In this document: positions 12,147 to 24,365 of the stretch, piece after piece
Position numbering within the stretch: position 1 is the first letter of the stretch
How the letters are laid out: the number at the start of each line of letters is the position of its first letter
Source: Podarcis tiliguerta
Lineage: Eukaryota
Direction: 5' to 3' (one strand)
Length of the DNA stretch: 64,000 nt
Assembly (NCBI GenBank): GCA_965153285.1
Contig: OZ229120.1
Program-made: the position numbers and the translations under genes
The notes under the pieces: generated by a model
Seen by the model: only the letters and a program-made list of their open reading frames with translations
The model's database searches: none
What the model was told of the DNA's origin: nothing

Positions 12147-14083
12147 GTAAGTGAGAAATGTTCAGTCGCTCCGTATTTCAGTCCTCCAGTAGGTTGCCAT
12201 GCTTTGCTTTCTTTCTCCAGTAGAGCAAAGTGTGTTTGCTGAGCTGTCAGTACTTCAGAACCCTGGCAGTAATGATCCCTGTGCCAGCCCTGTCTGTCTG
12301 GGTCTCTCTTGGTGGTTGCATTCAGACACGGTGTTTGCCTGTCCTTCATTCTGTGGTTTGGAGAGTGCGAAGTCTCAGTGCAGCCAACTTGGGTTCAAGG
12401 GGGCCTGTGGGGCAGAGGCAGAAGCCTCGCTTGCCAAGCCCTTTCCTTGCTGCCAACAGCATTCTTGGCCTTGCAAGTCTGGTCAGGCATGAAGCCCCGG
12501 CTGGCCACTGCAGGGCCCCCCTGTGTCGCATGGCAATGGGAGCCGAAGTGGACTGCCTCCTAGGACGGCCGCTCTCTTGCTCAAAAAACCGGACCCCTTG
12601 GGCCAGGTGTCTTTCAGTGTGTGGACAAGACTGGGTTTTCTGGTGGAAATGGGAGCATAACATCCAAAATCAAATAACAACCTTCTGCATACAAAGCGGG
12701 AAGCGTTCTAGAGGCCTTGATTCTGCATCAGCATAAGTGGCCTGGTTCATGCTTCTCTGTAGCCCAGCATGGAATAAACAATGGTTTGCCATGAGTGAGA
12801 ACCCATGCTCAGCCCTGCCTGCTTCACTCTACCCCCAACTGAAGCGCAGAAGCGAGACCGCCTGTCTTACCCTTGATGTGTGAAGCAGCACTTGCGGGAT
12901 ATTTTCCTCCAAACTGTAAGCCCAGCTTTGCTCGCTGCTCATATGAGATAAGCCGCCGTTTGTTTCCAACTGTGGGTCACTGTCAGATGCTTCCATTGTC
13001 AAGCCAGGAGCTCCAAGTGTCAACGACGACGGCTCCTTCTGCAGGCCAGGGTGCCCCTATTCCCAGCCCTTCCCCATGCCCTGGGGAGATGTGGGGCTGT
13101 GGGGATCTCAGCGCTTACTGCACAGCTGCAACTCCTGCCCAGTGGTGCTGCTATTTGGATGCAGGGCGCAGGAAGGGGCGAGGGCAGTTCTGTTGTTTTT
13201 GTTAAATGCTAGCAAAGGAAACAGAACAGATCCAGCTTTTCCTTCCTAAGTGGTGTGCCAATCTCCGGGGCTTTGTATATCTGAACTGCTCTACTCCATT
13301 GAAACCTGGTAAGACTTGGTATTTAGAGTATTACATGTTGCCAGTTGCTTATCCACTAGGCTGATTAGAGGCTCTCTTCAAGAAGGTTAACATTACGAAT
13401 TGTTAATTACCCTGCTGCTGGACAAGCAAATTAAATATCTAGTAGCTTAATTACTTTTCTAATATCACTGAGTGGCATTGTATTAACTCATTACTCAAGT
13501 ATTTATTAAATTTTTATACCACTTAATAGGAATGAAAAATTCTAAGTGGTTTACATAGAAACTTTACAAAAGCAAGTTTTTGTGTGGGGATCCCCCCCCC
13601 CCTTTTAACTGACTTGGATTGCACAGGATTTGGAGAAGGACATTGACTTAATTGCATATTAAAGTCCCTGTGCGACTGAGCAGAAGAGACAAAGGGTTTG
13701 CAGTTCACTGCATTAGTGCAACTGAGCTGCACAGCTCTAAGCCCTGCAGGGCTGGAGATCATCCTCGCTAGGCCTGTGGATGGCAAGTGGGCACAGGACC
13801 AGGCTTTGCAGTTCATTACAAAGGCTCCATCCAGCTGTGCGCTGGGCTCTCCGCAGCCGCTGCGAAAGGCCTGCATGATGGAACAGGGAGTCGGGGGAGA
13901 TGCCTTGCCCTTCAGCTGTGGTTGACTACAACTCCCATCATTCCTTGGCTGAGACTGATGGAGAAGCCCAGAATAAGAGGGGTGTATGTGTTTTAGTTTC
14001 TTTATATTAAAAGCCATGGTCACAAAATATTCCTTATATTTTCGTGCATGGAAATGCACCTCCTAATTTCAGAAAATATCAAA

Positions 14084-14456
14084 TTATAGAGTTGGAAGGA
14101 ACCCTGAGGGTCATCTAGTCAAAGCCGCTGCAGTGCAGGAATCTCAACTAGATCATACAAGCCCTTCCGTCACTTCGAAGATGGAGTAAGCGTGTTTTCT
14201 GCTGCTCTGGAGGGTAGGACTCGAACCCATGGCTTCAGGTTACAAGTAGGAGATGAAGAAGAACTTTCTGACAGTAAGAGCTGCTGGACAGTGGAAGGGA
14301 CCCCCTCCGGAGGTGGTGGACTCTTCTTCCTCAGAGGTTTTTAAGCAGAAGTTAGAGGGCCATCTGTCCTGGATGCTTTAGCTGAGATTCCTGCATTTCA
14401 ATGGGATAGACTGGATGGCCTTTGGAAGTCCCTTCCAACTCCACGATTCTATGATT
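14084..14456. mobile_element. Two CR1 3'-end fragments in inverted orientation (minus ~14084-14156; plus ~14175-14456)
   Basis: TAGAGTTGGAAGGAACC...GCAGGAATCTCAACTA is complementary to TAGCTGAGATTCCTGC...CCCTTCCAACTC..ATTCTATGATT. Confidence 0.75.
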
Positions 14457-17400
14457 TTTCATTAGATATGATTAAATTGAATTCTTTTTCCCAGTTTGGT
14501 TTTATCAAATGTACGCCGTTATAATCTGCTTCTAGTAAAAAGTTAAATATTTTAAATAGCTGGCCTATTTGTTGCTTAGATGTCGGAATTTTCTCAAATC
14601 GTTCAAATTAAATTTTTTTGAAAATGCACCACTCCATGTGGGGGCCCTGCCAACGCTACAGTTCTGTGGTTCTATGATCTGGCAGAACCATTCCTTGAAC
14701 TGTGAAGTCTTTGGACGTTGTCATGCTGCTTTTTCTCCAGGAGGAGTCCTCAGGCGGAGGTCTTGAGGCCTCTCTTAGCACCGGGAAGAATTTCCTCCCT
14801 AGCCAGTAGGAGGACATGAGCAACTGCTCTGTCCACGCTGGCCATTTGCAGCATGATAAATGCATCGTGCAATGATAAGTGAAATGTCATGCTTGTGCTT
14901 TCTCTAAATAAGCTTAGCAGAAGGCTTTGCGGGAGCAAGAACAGGGGCAGGGCAGGAAGGAAGGGCAGCTCACTGCGGCTGCAGGAAACGGGCAGGGCTG
15001 CTGCAGAGGAGCCGTGGGCGCCCAGGACACTGACCTCACGTGTCGCTTGGAAGGTCCGATGCTCTCTGAAGTGGCTAATGCGCAGGATCTTTATTTTCGG
15101 TTTTGGAGCTGATTTTTTAAATAGCTGTTCAGTGGTAAAAAAAATATCCTGCTGTGTGAATAGTCTTAATCTTATATAAAAAGAAGAAGTTGGAAACATC
15201 TTGTTAGAAAATTGCTTCTGTTTGCCAGAGAGAGAAGAGGCCAACTGGCAGATTGCAAAGCAACTTCATGTTTTTTGCTCCAGGTTTAAAATACCTATTT
15301 TTGAAAGTTGTGTTGCTCACCGAAGCAGGTGCTGGCTTATGCGCAGAGCGCTCCCAAGATCTTCCAGAGGGACTTGCGCATGTTGGGTTTCACCCTCAGA
15401 ATCCAAGGGGCTTCCTCCCTCCTTGAATGGGGAAGGTGCCGTCAGCCGCAGCCTCTGCTAGCCCACAGCCCAGGGTGCCCTCGCCTGTGTGAGTGTACAG
15501 CACACATCTCAACATGTTCTGTTCATGGACTGATCAGCAATGGCAGCACATGTTTCAGGCCTTTATTATTATAATTACTGTATATTTATTTATACACCTC
15601 CTTTTTCTCTGACTCAAGGTGGCTTCCTGATAAAAATAAGAGCAGCTAAAATCATAGGGAAGAAAGCATTTAAAAACAATGAAACACTGGTAGAATCAAA
15701 ACTGTATATATTGCTGCATGCCACCCCAATCTCCAAGCAGTGCCAGATTCCGGGGGTTCCATGCACTTCCCCAGGGTTCAGTTTCCTCCGAATGAGGGGC
15801 AGCAGAGACTGTGGGGTCTTTAGGATATATGGTGTATTTACACATATATGCAACCTGAGGCTTCGATGATGGGGCTCGCAGCATTAGTAGAATCATAGAA
15901 TTGTAGATCCAAGAGGGTCCTGCTTCTCCCATAGACACAGCCTTGGATTCCAGCAGAAATCAAGCAGGTCTCTCTCTCCCAGCTTTGAGCTCACATGCAC
16001 ATCAACTCTGGCTTTTGTCCTCCTTAACTACCGGCGAGTTTGGGAGGGGCCCCCACTCATTTGTGCTCTGGCACAGAGCCACTTCCTTTGTTACCTTTAT
16101 GACCCATACTTAGGGGAGCCTTAACTGGAAGCTGGCCTGGCTACTTCAGCTGAATCCTTGCTGGATCCAGGAATCCGAAGGGACTCAGGCATACGCTCCC
16201 CCCTCAACATTATATACAAAGCATATGGAAGCAGTCCTTTCCCCCAAAGCCTGTTGAAGAAGAAAATCTACACTTGCCGGTGGAAGGACAAGTCTAATGT
16301 CTCTAGGGAGGGAATTCCAAAGTCTTTGCAGATTTACCCCAGTGGAGGAACCTGAGAGGGATGTGGAAGGGCTAAGGGAAAATGGGGGGTCTCCCTCCCC
16401 CTGCCCCACGTCATTTCCTAGAGGTTCTCGCAAGTGACCCTTCTCGAATCTAATGGGACGGACTGTTTGAGCAGCTTGAATCCCTCTGCGGCTCATACTG
16501 CTTTGTTGATTTGCTACTAGGCTTCTGTTTGCAGTGGCTCAGCCTCTTTGCCTTTGCATCCAAGCTCAGCATCCATGTGTCAGAGAACTGGCAAACTTCT
16601 GTTTGCTGGCTGAAGGGTTTTTTTGTGTCTCAAGAGTGCGCAGGCTCCCTGCACCTGCAGAAGTTGGTCCAAGGAACGGTCTTCAGGAGCATCATGAAGC
16701 ACGTAGCCTTTACTAAATTAAATATACATGTATACACTTTGGGCAGCGGTAACATGTGAGTGCCCTTGGTGCTTGCCTCAGGAAAAACTGTTTACACAGG
16801 GGCTTGTCCATGATCTTCGGTTGCTCTGAGTTTGCCAATGCACTGGCTGTCAGAACCACTTAGCATTTTTGAAGGCTGGGATTTCCAATCCGTACTTGTT
16901 TCTGGAGGTGTCAACTTCCATTATAATCTGCAGTGAGTCATCTTCCCACTCTTGCAGGCTTGTCTTCTCCACTCAGTTATTCACAACACAAAAACGGTGC
17001 AGAAAGATGCTCAGAGCCTCTGAACTTGGTTTCTGCACTCCTGACTTTTGAGACTCCAGATAGTGGCTGCGTTGAAGCTGCCTTTTGAAAACTGGGTGGC
17101 CAGTGGCCTGGCATGGAGCTGTGGCCAGGAAGTGCTCTGATCCTTGTTCAACAGCACAGATGCAGCAGCTGGAAGACCACCTGGTGTGGAACGTATCAGA
17201 ATTTGACGGACGACACCTCCTGCTTCTGACGTTAGGAAAATGTGACATCCCAGTATTGAAGGCCAATATTTAGAGTGTGCTCAGCAAAGGATTTGTCATC
17301 TGCAGGAATGCATCTTTGCACAAACCGTGAATCTTCAGATTCCAACACAGAGAGCCAAAGACGCTGCTGCTGAGTGATTTTCCATGGTCCCAAATGGTGT

Positions 17401-18039
17401 AACTGTTTGGAGAAGAATATATAGAACAAATAAGTGCCACTCCCCCCACATCCGTGTGCCAAATGAAGTCTCTGTGGCTGGATAATTAAGTGGAGAGTCC
17501 AATATTTGTAGAGACAGATGGCACCTCCGTTCCTTGTTATGAAAGACACAGCCATCTGGTTGTCATGGAGAAGGCTAACAATGCCTGCTGCACTCAGACA
17601 CCGTTTGCCCGGGGGCTCCCATGGCAGCCAGGTAATGCCTTTCACTTCCAGGAGCACATCGGTAGTTCAGGTGTCGCCCAACCCAGCCTTGGGAAGTCTG
17701 GGCTGGATGCAGTCCATCACTGGAGAATCCTTGGAAGGTCCTCTCCCAGCCGCCTTTTGTCCGGGGGAAAAGGGCTTCTGAGGCAGCCCATTTTATTGCA
17801 GTGGGAGAGATAGGCAATACTGGCCATGGTGGTTTGTTTCTTGGCTGTTTCTTCAGTTCTTCCAGTGAGAGGTAGGCATTCTTCCACTTCTGCAGACAGA
17901 TGGTAGATTACTTGTTACTTTGCTGCTCGTTATTAGATTTTTACCCCACCCTCCCTTCCAAAAGAGCCCAGGGCAGCCGACAACAAAAAAGGCAAAAATA
18001 ATACAGATGTTTGGAAGTTTTTTAAATCATCAAGTATCC

Positions 18040-18222
18040 CCATGGAACACCCTCCCGTCAGATGTAAAGGAGATGAGTAACTATATAGCATGTAGGAAAC
18101 AGCCCTGTAGGCAGCCCTGATTAGGGAAGCTTTTTAAGGTCTAATGTTTTATTATGTTTTTATATATGCTGGAATCTGCTCTGAGTGACTGGGGCAACCC
18201 AGTCAGATAGGCAGGGTGCAAA
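18040..18222 (+). mobile_element. L2-like LINE 3' fragment; its AATAAA/(TTA)n tail is displaced to ~18574-18592 by the Tc1/mariner MITE
   Basis: TGGAACACCCTCCC...GAGTGACTGGGGCAACCCAGTCAGAT; related copies near 11130-11200, 52190-52290 and 63230-63285 (minus). Confidence 0.6.
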
Positions 18223-18224
18223 TA

Positions 18225-18572
18225 CAGTGGTGCCTCGCAAGACGAAAAGAATCCGTTCCGTGAGTCTCTTCGTCTAGCGGTTTTTTCGTCTTGCGAAGCA
18301 AGCCCATTAGCGGATTAGCGCTATTAGCGGTTTAGTGGCTATTAAAGGCTTAAGGGATTAGTGGATTAGCTGCTAAAAGGCTATTAGCAGCTTAGTGCCT
18401 TAGAAAAAGGGGGTAGGGAGCGAAAAAAAACACCCAGGAATCGCAAGACATTTTTGTCTTGCGAAGCAAGCCCATAGAGAAATTCGTCCTGCGAAGCACC
18501 TCCAAAACGGAAAACCCTTTCGTCTAGCGGGTTTTCCGTCTTGCGAGGCATTTGTCTTGCGGGGCACCACTG
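18225..18572. mobile_element. Non-autonomous Tc1/mariner (Tigger/pogo-like) element
   Basis: TIRs CAGTGGTGCCTCGCAAGAC / GTCTTGCGGGGCACCACTG; TA TSD (18223-18224 and 18573-18574); internal ATTAGCGG-type short repeats and repeated TTGCGAAGCA subterminal motifs. Confidence 0.9.
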
Positions 18573-18620
18573 TAATAAAATTATTATTATTAGAACATCC
18601 TTCTTAAAAAGATCAAATAT

Positions 18621-18870
18621 TATGAAGGGCCTGGAAACCAAGGCCTTATGAGGAACGGTTGAGGGAGCTGGGAACCTTTAGCTTGGGGAAGAGACAGCCG
18701 AGGGGTGATCAGACAGCCATCTTCCGATATCTGAAGGTCTGTTACATGGAAGATGGAACAAGCTTGTTTTCCGCTGCTCCAGAGGGGAGGACCTGAACCA
18801 ATGGATTCAAATGACAAGACAGGATATCCTAACTAAACCTTTTGAAGAACTTTCTGACAGTAAGAGCCCT
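18621..18870 (+). mobile_element. CR1 LINE ORF2 C-terminal fragment
   Basis: Degenerate YEERLRELG.FSLGKR..RGD motif typical of the CR1 ORF2 end. Confidence 0.8.
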
Positions 18871-19952
18871 TCCACAGGAGCCACTACGGAGTGCTTCCGA
18901 ATACCAGCGGCTAGAGGAGGGCTCTTGCGCTCAGGTCTTGATTGTGCATTTTGCGCAGGGCAGGCCTGATCCAGCAGGCTCTTCTTCTGTTCTTGGGGCT
19001 TGTTGCCACATTACTAATTTGTGGGTCCTGCCCATAAGTCCCTCAGCCCCACATTGGAGGCAGCACCAAAGGCATCGTAGTGGATGTGGCATTTTCTGTG
19101 GGTGCTTGAGATGCACTTATTATTGTTGCTTATTAAATAATAATGTGTATTTTGCTTTTTCTGCTTCTCCTGAGTATGTCACTTTGCCCCGTGTTTTGGA
19201 GAGGAATGGAAGCAGGTGAATGGCATGACAGATGTAGGTTAATACACTGCCAAGTCAGCAAGATGCTTGTTCTGCTGGAGGCTCTGCACTCTCTCCTGCA
19301 GTGTGGCAGAAGCTGGGGCAGGGAGACAAAACCAGCCGGTACCAAGTGCTGAACTTCTCTTTCAAATCAGTCTTGACGAGGGCAGGTGCTTCTGTGTAGT
19401 ATGACGGCTGCTAACATGATTCACGGAATAATCCGGATCAGCACAGTGTCTGAATTGGGGTCTGGCTGAGAGGTGCACCGATGCCCCCTGAGCTTTCCTG
19501 ATGGCCAGGTGAATCCTTTTCAGCCTAGTAGAATCCCCAAACTCTTTTTGTTGCAGAGCTCTTCAGGCACCCAGCATAGAGGTCCTTTTAAAGACATGAG
19601 ACCCTTTTTGTAAGTCACAGAGTTTTGGGCATTCTCACCATCAGTTTTACAAACTCCAAGGCTTAACTATTTTAACCTTAAAAGGTATTTAAAAGAAGAA
19701 GAAAAGTATCTCTGCATAGAAGATGAAAAGAGACATGAAAGTGATTACTTTGCTCCTGAAATTGGCATATAAGTGTAGGAGGCATATACCTTGAGTTACA
19801 GTATTAGGAAAATGCCAAAATTTGATCTACAGTTTCACCATAATGCTTTCTTAGAGAGGTATAAAGTGTCCATTTTGATCACCAAGTCTCTTATGTGGAG
19901 TTATTTGGGCCAGGCTAGGCCCACCTTCAAATCTCTGATTCTTTCCTGAACT

Positions 19953-20314
19953 GGTAAAGGTAAAGGACCCCTGGATGGTTAGGTCTAGTCAAAGGTGACT
20001 ATGGGGTGTGGCACTCATCTTGCTTCAGGCCAAGGGAGCCGGCATTTGTCCACAGACAGCTTTCCAGGTCATCTGGCCAGCATGACTAAACCACTTCTGG
20101 CGCAACGGGACACCATGATGGAAGCCAGAGTGCACGGAAATGCCATTTACCTCCCCGCTGCAGTGGTACCTATTTATCTACTTGAACTGGTGTGCTTTCA
20201 AACTGCCAGGTTGGCAGAAGCTGGGACACAGCAACAGGAGCTCACCCTGTTGCGGGGATTTGAAACGCCAGCCTGACTGGCAAGCCCACGAGGCTCAGCG
20301 CCAACCATGTCCCC
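19953..20314 (-). mobile_element. Sauria SINE, near full length
   Basis: (ACCTTT)n-type tail seen as GGTAAAGGTAAAGG; body ACAGACAGCTTTCCAGGTCATCTGGCCAGCATGACTAA; ~10-bp TSD TTTCCTGAAC (19942-19951 and 20316-20325). Confidence 0.85.
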
Positions 20315-23300
20315 ATTTCCTGAACCCGTGCACCTTTAAGCCAGTGATGGAGAACTAAGCTCTTGTGTTTGTCAATTTCCCATAGGAATAGCTGGTGGAC
20401 CACGGAGAATCAATTTCCTAAAGCAGGTAGATTAATTGGGGGAAAGCTCTGAGCTAATGTGAATTACAAAAAGCAGTTAACAGGCTTAGCTGAATCGGTT
20501 GCCCAAGAGATGACTGACACCAACTCATTGAGAGCTCTAGCCGTGGCCTAACTGTTTGAGAAGGAGGAGGGCAACAGAGGTGGCAAGAGCTCTCCCGACC
20601 AAGAAAAAGATAGGCGAAGGTGCACAATTGTTTTTGTTGCCCCACCAGCTGGATTTCAACTAAATACTAGGATGAGCTGGTGGCGTGAGCTGCTTTGAGT
20701 GAGAGAGGCTGCCTTGGAAGGAAGGTGATGGACTCTCCTTGGCCAGGAGTTGCCAGGAAGCAAAGCCTCTGCCTTACGAAGAACATCAGGCCTGGCAAAG
20801 TTTAAACCTGCTTGCTGTTTGTTAGGTGAAACGATGAACATCCCTGATAACTCCAATGCTTGTAGCTTCTGTTTATTTACATGGAAACCTGGCTTTTCTT
20901 CCCTCCTGGAAGGCACCGTGCTTTGGTGGAAAATTTCACAGACCGTCTCCCCTCCAGATACTGGCCAGACTCAGACCTACGTCAGCTATAAACTCCCCCA
21001 GGAGCCCAGACGACGACGAGTGATTGATGAAGGGTCCAAAAGCAGAAATGCAACCTAGGTGTGCTCAGAGACCACTAATCTCTGTGGAAAAAAGGGAGTG
21101 GGAAGCCTCCCGCTGCTTGTCGGATTCAACGGGTATTCTTGCAGCCGTGATGAGGCAAGGTGCTGAAGCTCATTTGGGAAGGCTGTGTGCCTTCTCTACC
21201 TGAGTTGTCTCCAGACCTGCTGTGCTGTGTTCCTGTGAGCAGGTTTTGCTTGTTAAGTTTGATTAGGGGCTGCCTGCGCTCTGCCTGCGGCTCCGACAGA
21301 CCCACCTCGGCTGCCAAAGAGGAATGACTAATCGGCGCAGCTTCAAGACAGAAAGGGAGATGATAGTTTTCTGAGAGTCCCTCTCTGGGAACATGGCAGC
21401 AGCGTTCAGCCCTTTGGATTCCACACAGCCTCCAGCCTTTGCTGTGGTCTCTCCCAGCTCCCCTCCCGATCCTGGCACCATTGAGCCTTCTTTGTAGCAT
21501 TAATTGTAAGGTGTTGGTCTCTCCAGAAGATCTGAGTCATTTTACAGGGGGGCCTTAGCCAAGCGGGAGGGGGAAGCAAGAAGTATTTCTTGTAAGCTGG
21601 ACAAGCGACAGAGATGCTTTTGGGCATTTCTCTGCAGAGGTTTGTGTGGCTGGTTTGTAGCTTTTAAACCCAAAGGAACATCGTGTCTTCGGGCTCCTCT
21701 CGCTGGCGTGTGGGTGGGTGGCTGGAACAAAACAGCCCTGGGTGCTTTGAAGACCCTTATTTCAAAGGTCTCCTCTTTGCTTTCTTCACAGCCCGTTATA
21801 AAAGTATAGATGTGGGATCAATGGCAGTCCAGCTGGCTTCCTGTGCTGCTGGGATGTCCTGCTATGCGATGACTTTTTAGTTTTAGTCACAGGGTTTTGG
21901 GAAATAAGGCAACCCAAGGCTTTGGAGGAGAGCAGCAAAGATGAGAAATGTTTTCTGTGCCTGACTAGGATGGGGAAAGTCCAGCTTGGAAGAGAAAAGT
22001 TGGTGCATCCCGGAGGGTGGGGAAGCTGCTGCTGGCCAGAGTCAAGGCGTTTAAAGTTCTGGATTCAAACTCGGGCTTGAGCTGGGGCGCAGCTGAGTGG
22101 CAGGTCCAAATTCGATTCCTGTCACCTCAGTTGAAAAGGATTTTGGGTGGCAGTGCTGTGAAAGGCCTTGGAGAGCTGAGCAGCCTGACTTCGCCCAAGG
22201 AGGCTTTGTGCGTTCAGCTGACTCACAGAAGGTGGGATCTCTTTCCCCATGAGATGCTTCGAAGAAGAGACTAGCAATTCCATGGCTCATTTTGTGAGAC
22301 TGAGGAATCCAGCCATTGCAGGCCTGGCAGGACCTTGCAGACCCAACAGATGCATCCCCTCTTCAGACGGTTGAAAACCAGGGGCTCAGTTTTAGTAAGC
22401 CAGTAACCAATTTAATAGCGCCTGGGCTGTCAGATACTTGCTCCTAGAACCTCCCCCGCCTTGTTTTGTTAAATGTTTTGTGATGGCTCTTTGAGGTGTT
22501 GGCAAACGTATTACTAAAATGTGACATGGCTGAGATGAAAGACTCCGTGTTGGTGAAGGACTTGTCAAACAATTTACTATCGTTGTGTGAATTTATATGA
22601 CCTATAAAAAGCTCAAGCAAGCATTTTTTTTTTTAACCTCTCCTTCCCCTTTCCTAAAGAAACCCCCAAACCAAACAAACCTGCTATTAATATTTGCTGC
22701 TGATCTAGCCCGGTAAGATGAAACGCTCATGCCCCAATTGTGTGCTAAGTCGTTAGTTTCCTGCACTGTGGATTCCTGCCTCTCCCAACCCAGGTTTGTT
22801 GCTCCAGATCCGCACATGCCAGGAGTTTGTGAGTAGGAGGACCATCCACCTCTCCTCCGCCTCTGCCGAAATAATGCTCTTCCAGTTCCTGGAATGGTCT
22901 TCCAGTTGTCCATTTTTGCCAAATCTTGAACAGCACATCATATAAAAACATCTGGGCCATAGGAAAGACAAGAGAAGCGGCTGCTCTTTCAAGAGAGCAT
23001 CAGAAATACTTGCAAATATTCCCCGGGAAAGGGAGCCCATGACTGGAGGGTCCTTAATGCCTGGGTCTGGGTTGGGAAGCAGGGAATGGAAGTGAGGTGG
23101 CAGTTCTGTATTTCTTCATGCTGTTTTGATTTTAAATTGTATCTGGATTTTTAATCTGTATTTCTGTTCCGGGAAACGACTTTGAGACCCTTGGTGAGAA
23201 ATCTAAATTTTAAATAAGTATTGGAGATGGTGTCCTTGCAAACAAAAACAGTAGACTATTACAAGTAGTAAATAGTGGTGGTGATTGGAGTAATAAAAGG

Positions 23301-24329
23301 TTCACACTGTGATAACATTCAGTCGTAGGTTTTATTTTCACTTCTGTAAGGTTATTTTGGCACGAAGAAAAAATATATGAAAGAACCACCTCCCTCTTTA
23401 TTTTAGGGTTCACCCCAATTGAAAATTGTTTATGAATAGGTTTAAACTGTGTCGGGAGACCTCCCTGAAGGCAGAGTTAGAAATTAAGGGCCAGTTTTCA
23501 CAATGGAGATACACAGAGCAGATTCCTCCCAGAATCTGTATTTTGATCTGTCTAATTTACTCCTAAAAGGAACTGGCATCATTTGGTGTTTGGTGGTGGG
23601 CTTGGGACGGAGAGAAGAAAAGCGCTGCACAGAAATCGCGGCTGAATTTTGGAGTTCCCCACCACCACATGAGCAACAGCTCCGAAGGCTTTGGCAGTAG
23701 ATCAGACAAATGTGCAGAGAATAGGTTTATCATGACTTTTCTATTAACTTCAAGCCCTGCTCTGGCTGGCCATTGCTAAATGTTTTGAGCTTCCCCACAA
23801 AGGCCGTGCTCATGTAGGGATGGCAGCAGAAAGGTCATGAGTTGTGGGAGAATGAAAAGGGAGGACTTGGAGGGGCTGAGGTGAAGGGATCAGGGTGGGG
23901 AGACGGAACGAGTGCAAGGGGCGTTGCCCTGGGGCAGAAGGGGCTTCCTTAAGATGGTGACACTGGACAAGTGCATTTGCCATTTCAACACTTCACTAAA
24001 AAAAAGGTGTGGTTTTCTGCTGAATGAATGGCTGTACAGTGACCTGCCTAACGTGGGCAGGGTCTGCTTAAGGGATGGGCTGTCCATTAATTCAAAGATT
24101 GACTTGGCAATCTTCAATATTCATGTACAATTTTCCATCTTCTCACAAGTTAAGAAGTCCTCAACAGGTGGTAAGTTGCTGAAAAATGTAGGATATTGTC
24201 AAGGCAAAAATAAACATGTTTTAAATTTTAAGCTTCTGCCCAGCAAGCATATCATCAAGCCCTTCTCACTTGTCATATTTATCTATACTTTTTCCATTCC
24301 TATTTTTTGCTTCCATTTGTTGCATGCAG

Positions 24330-24365
24330 GCAGCTGGAGTTATTTCGGATGGGGAGAAGAGCAGA
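24330..24365 (+). CDS. UNC13B: Candidate 36-nt cassette exon (phase 1-1): (C)[11 protein letters not shown], homologous to the UNC13A CNWNYFGWGEQ segment
   Basis: Pyrimidine tract with TGC/TGCATG, CAG acceptor (24327-24329), GTATGT donor. Frame-preserving between exons 7 and 8, and peptide resembles UNC13A at the equivalent position. Confidence 0.8.

Noticed and set aside
18300-18395. Short ATTAGCGG repeats as a CRISPR-like array
   Set aside because: Eukaryotic context with no unique spacers; they are internal repeats of the Tc1/mariner MITE.
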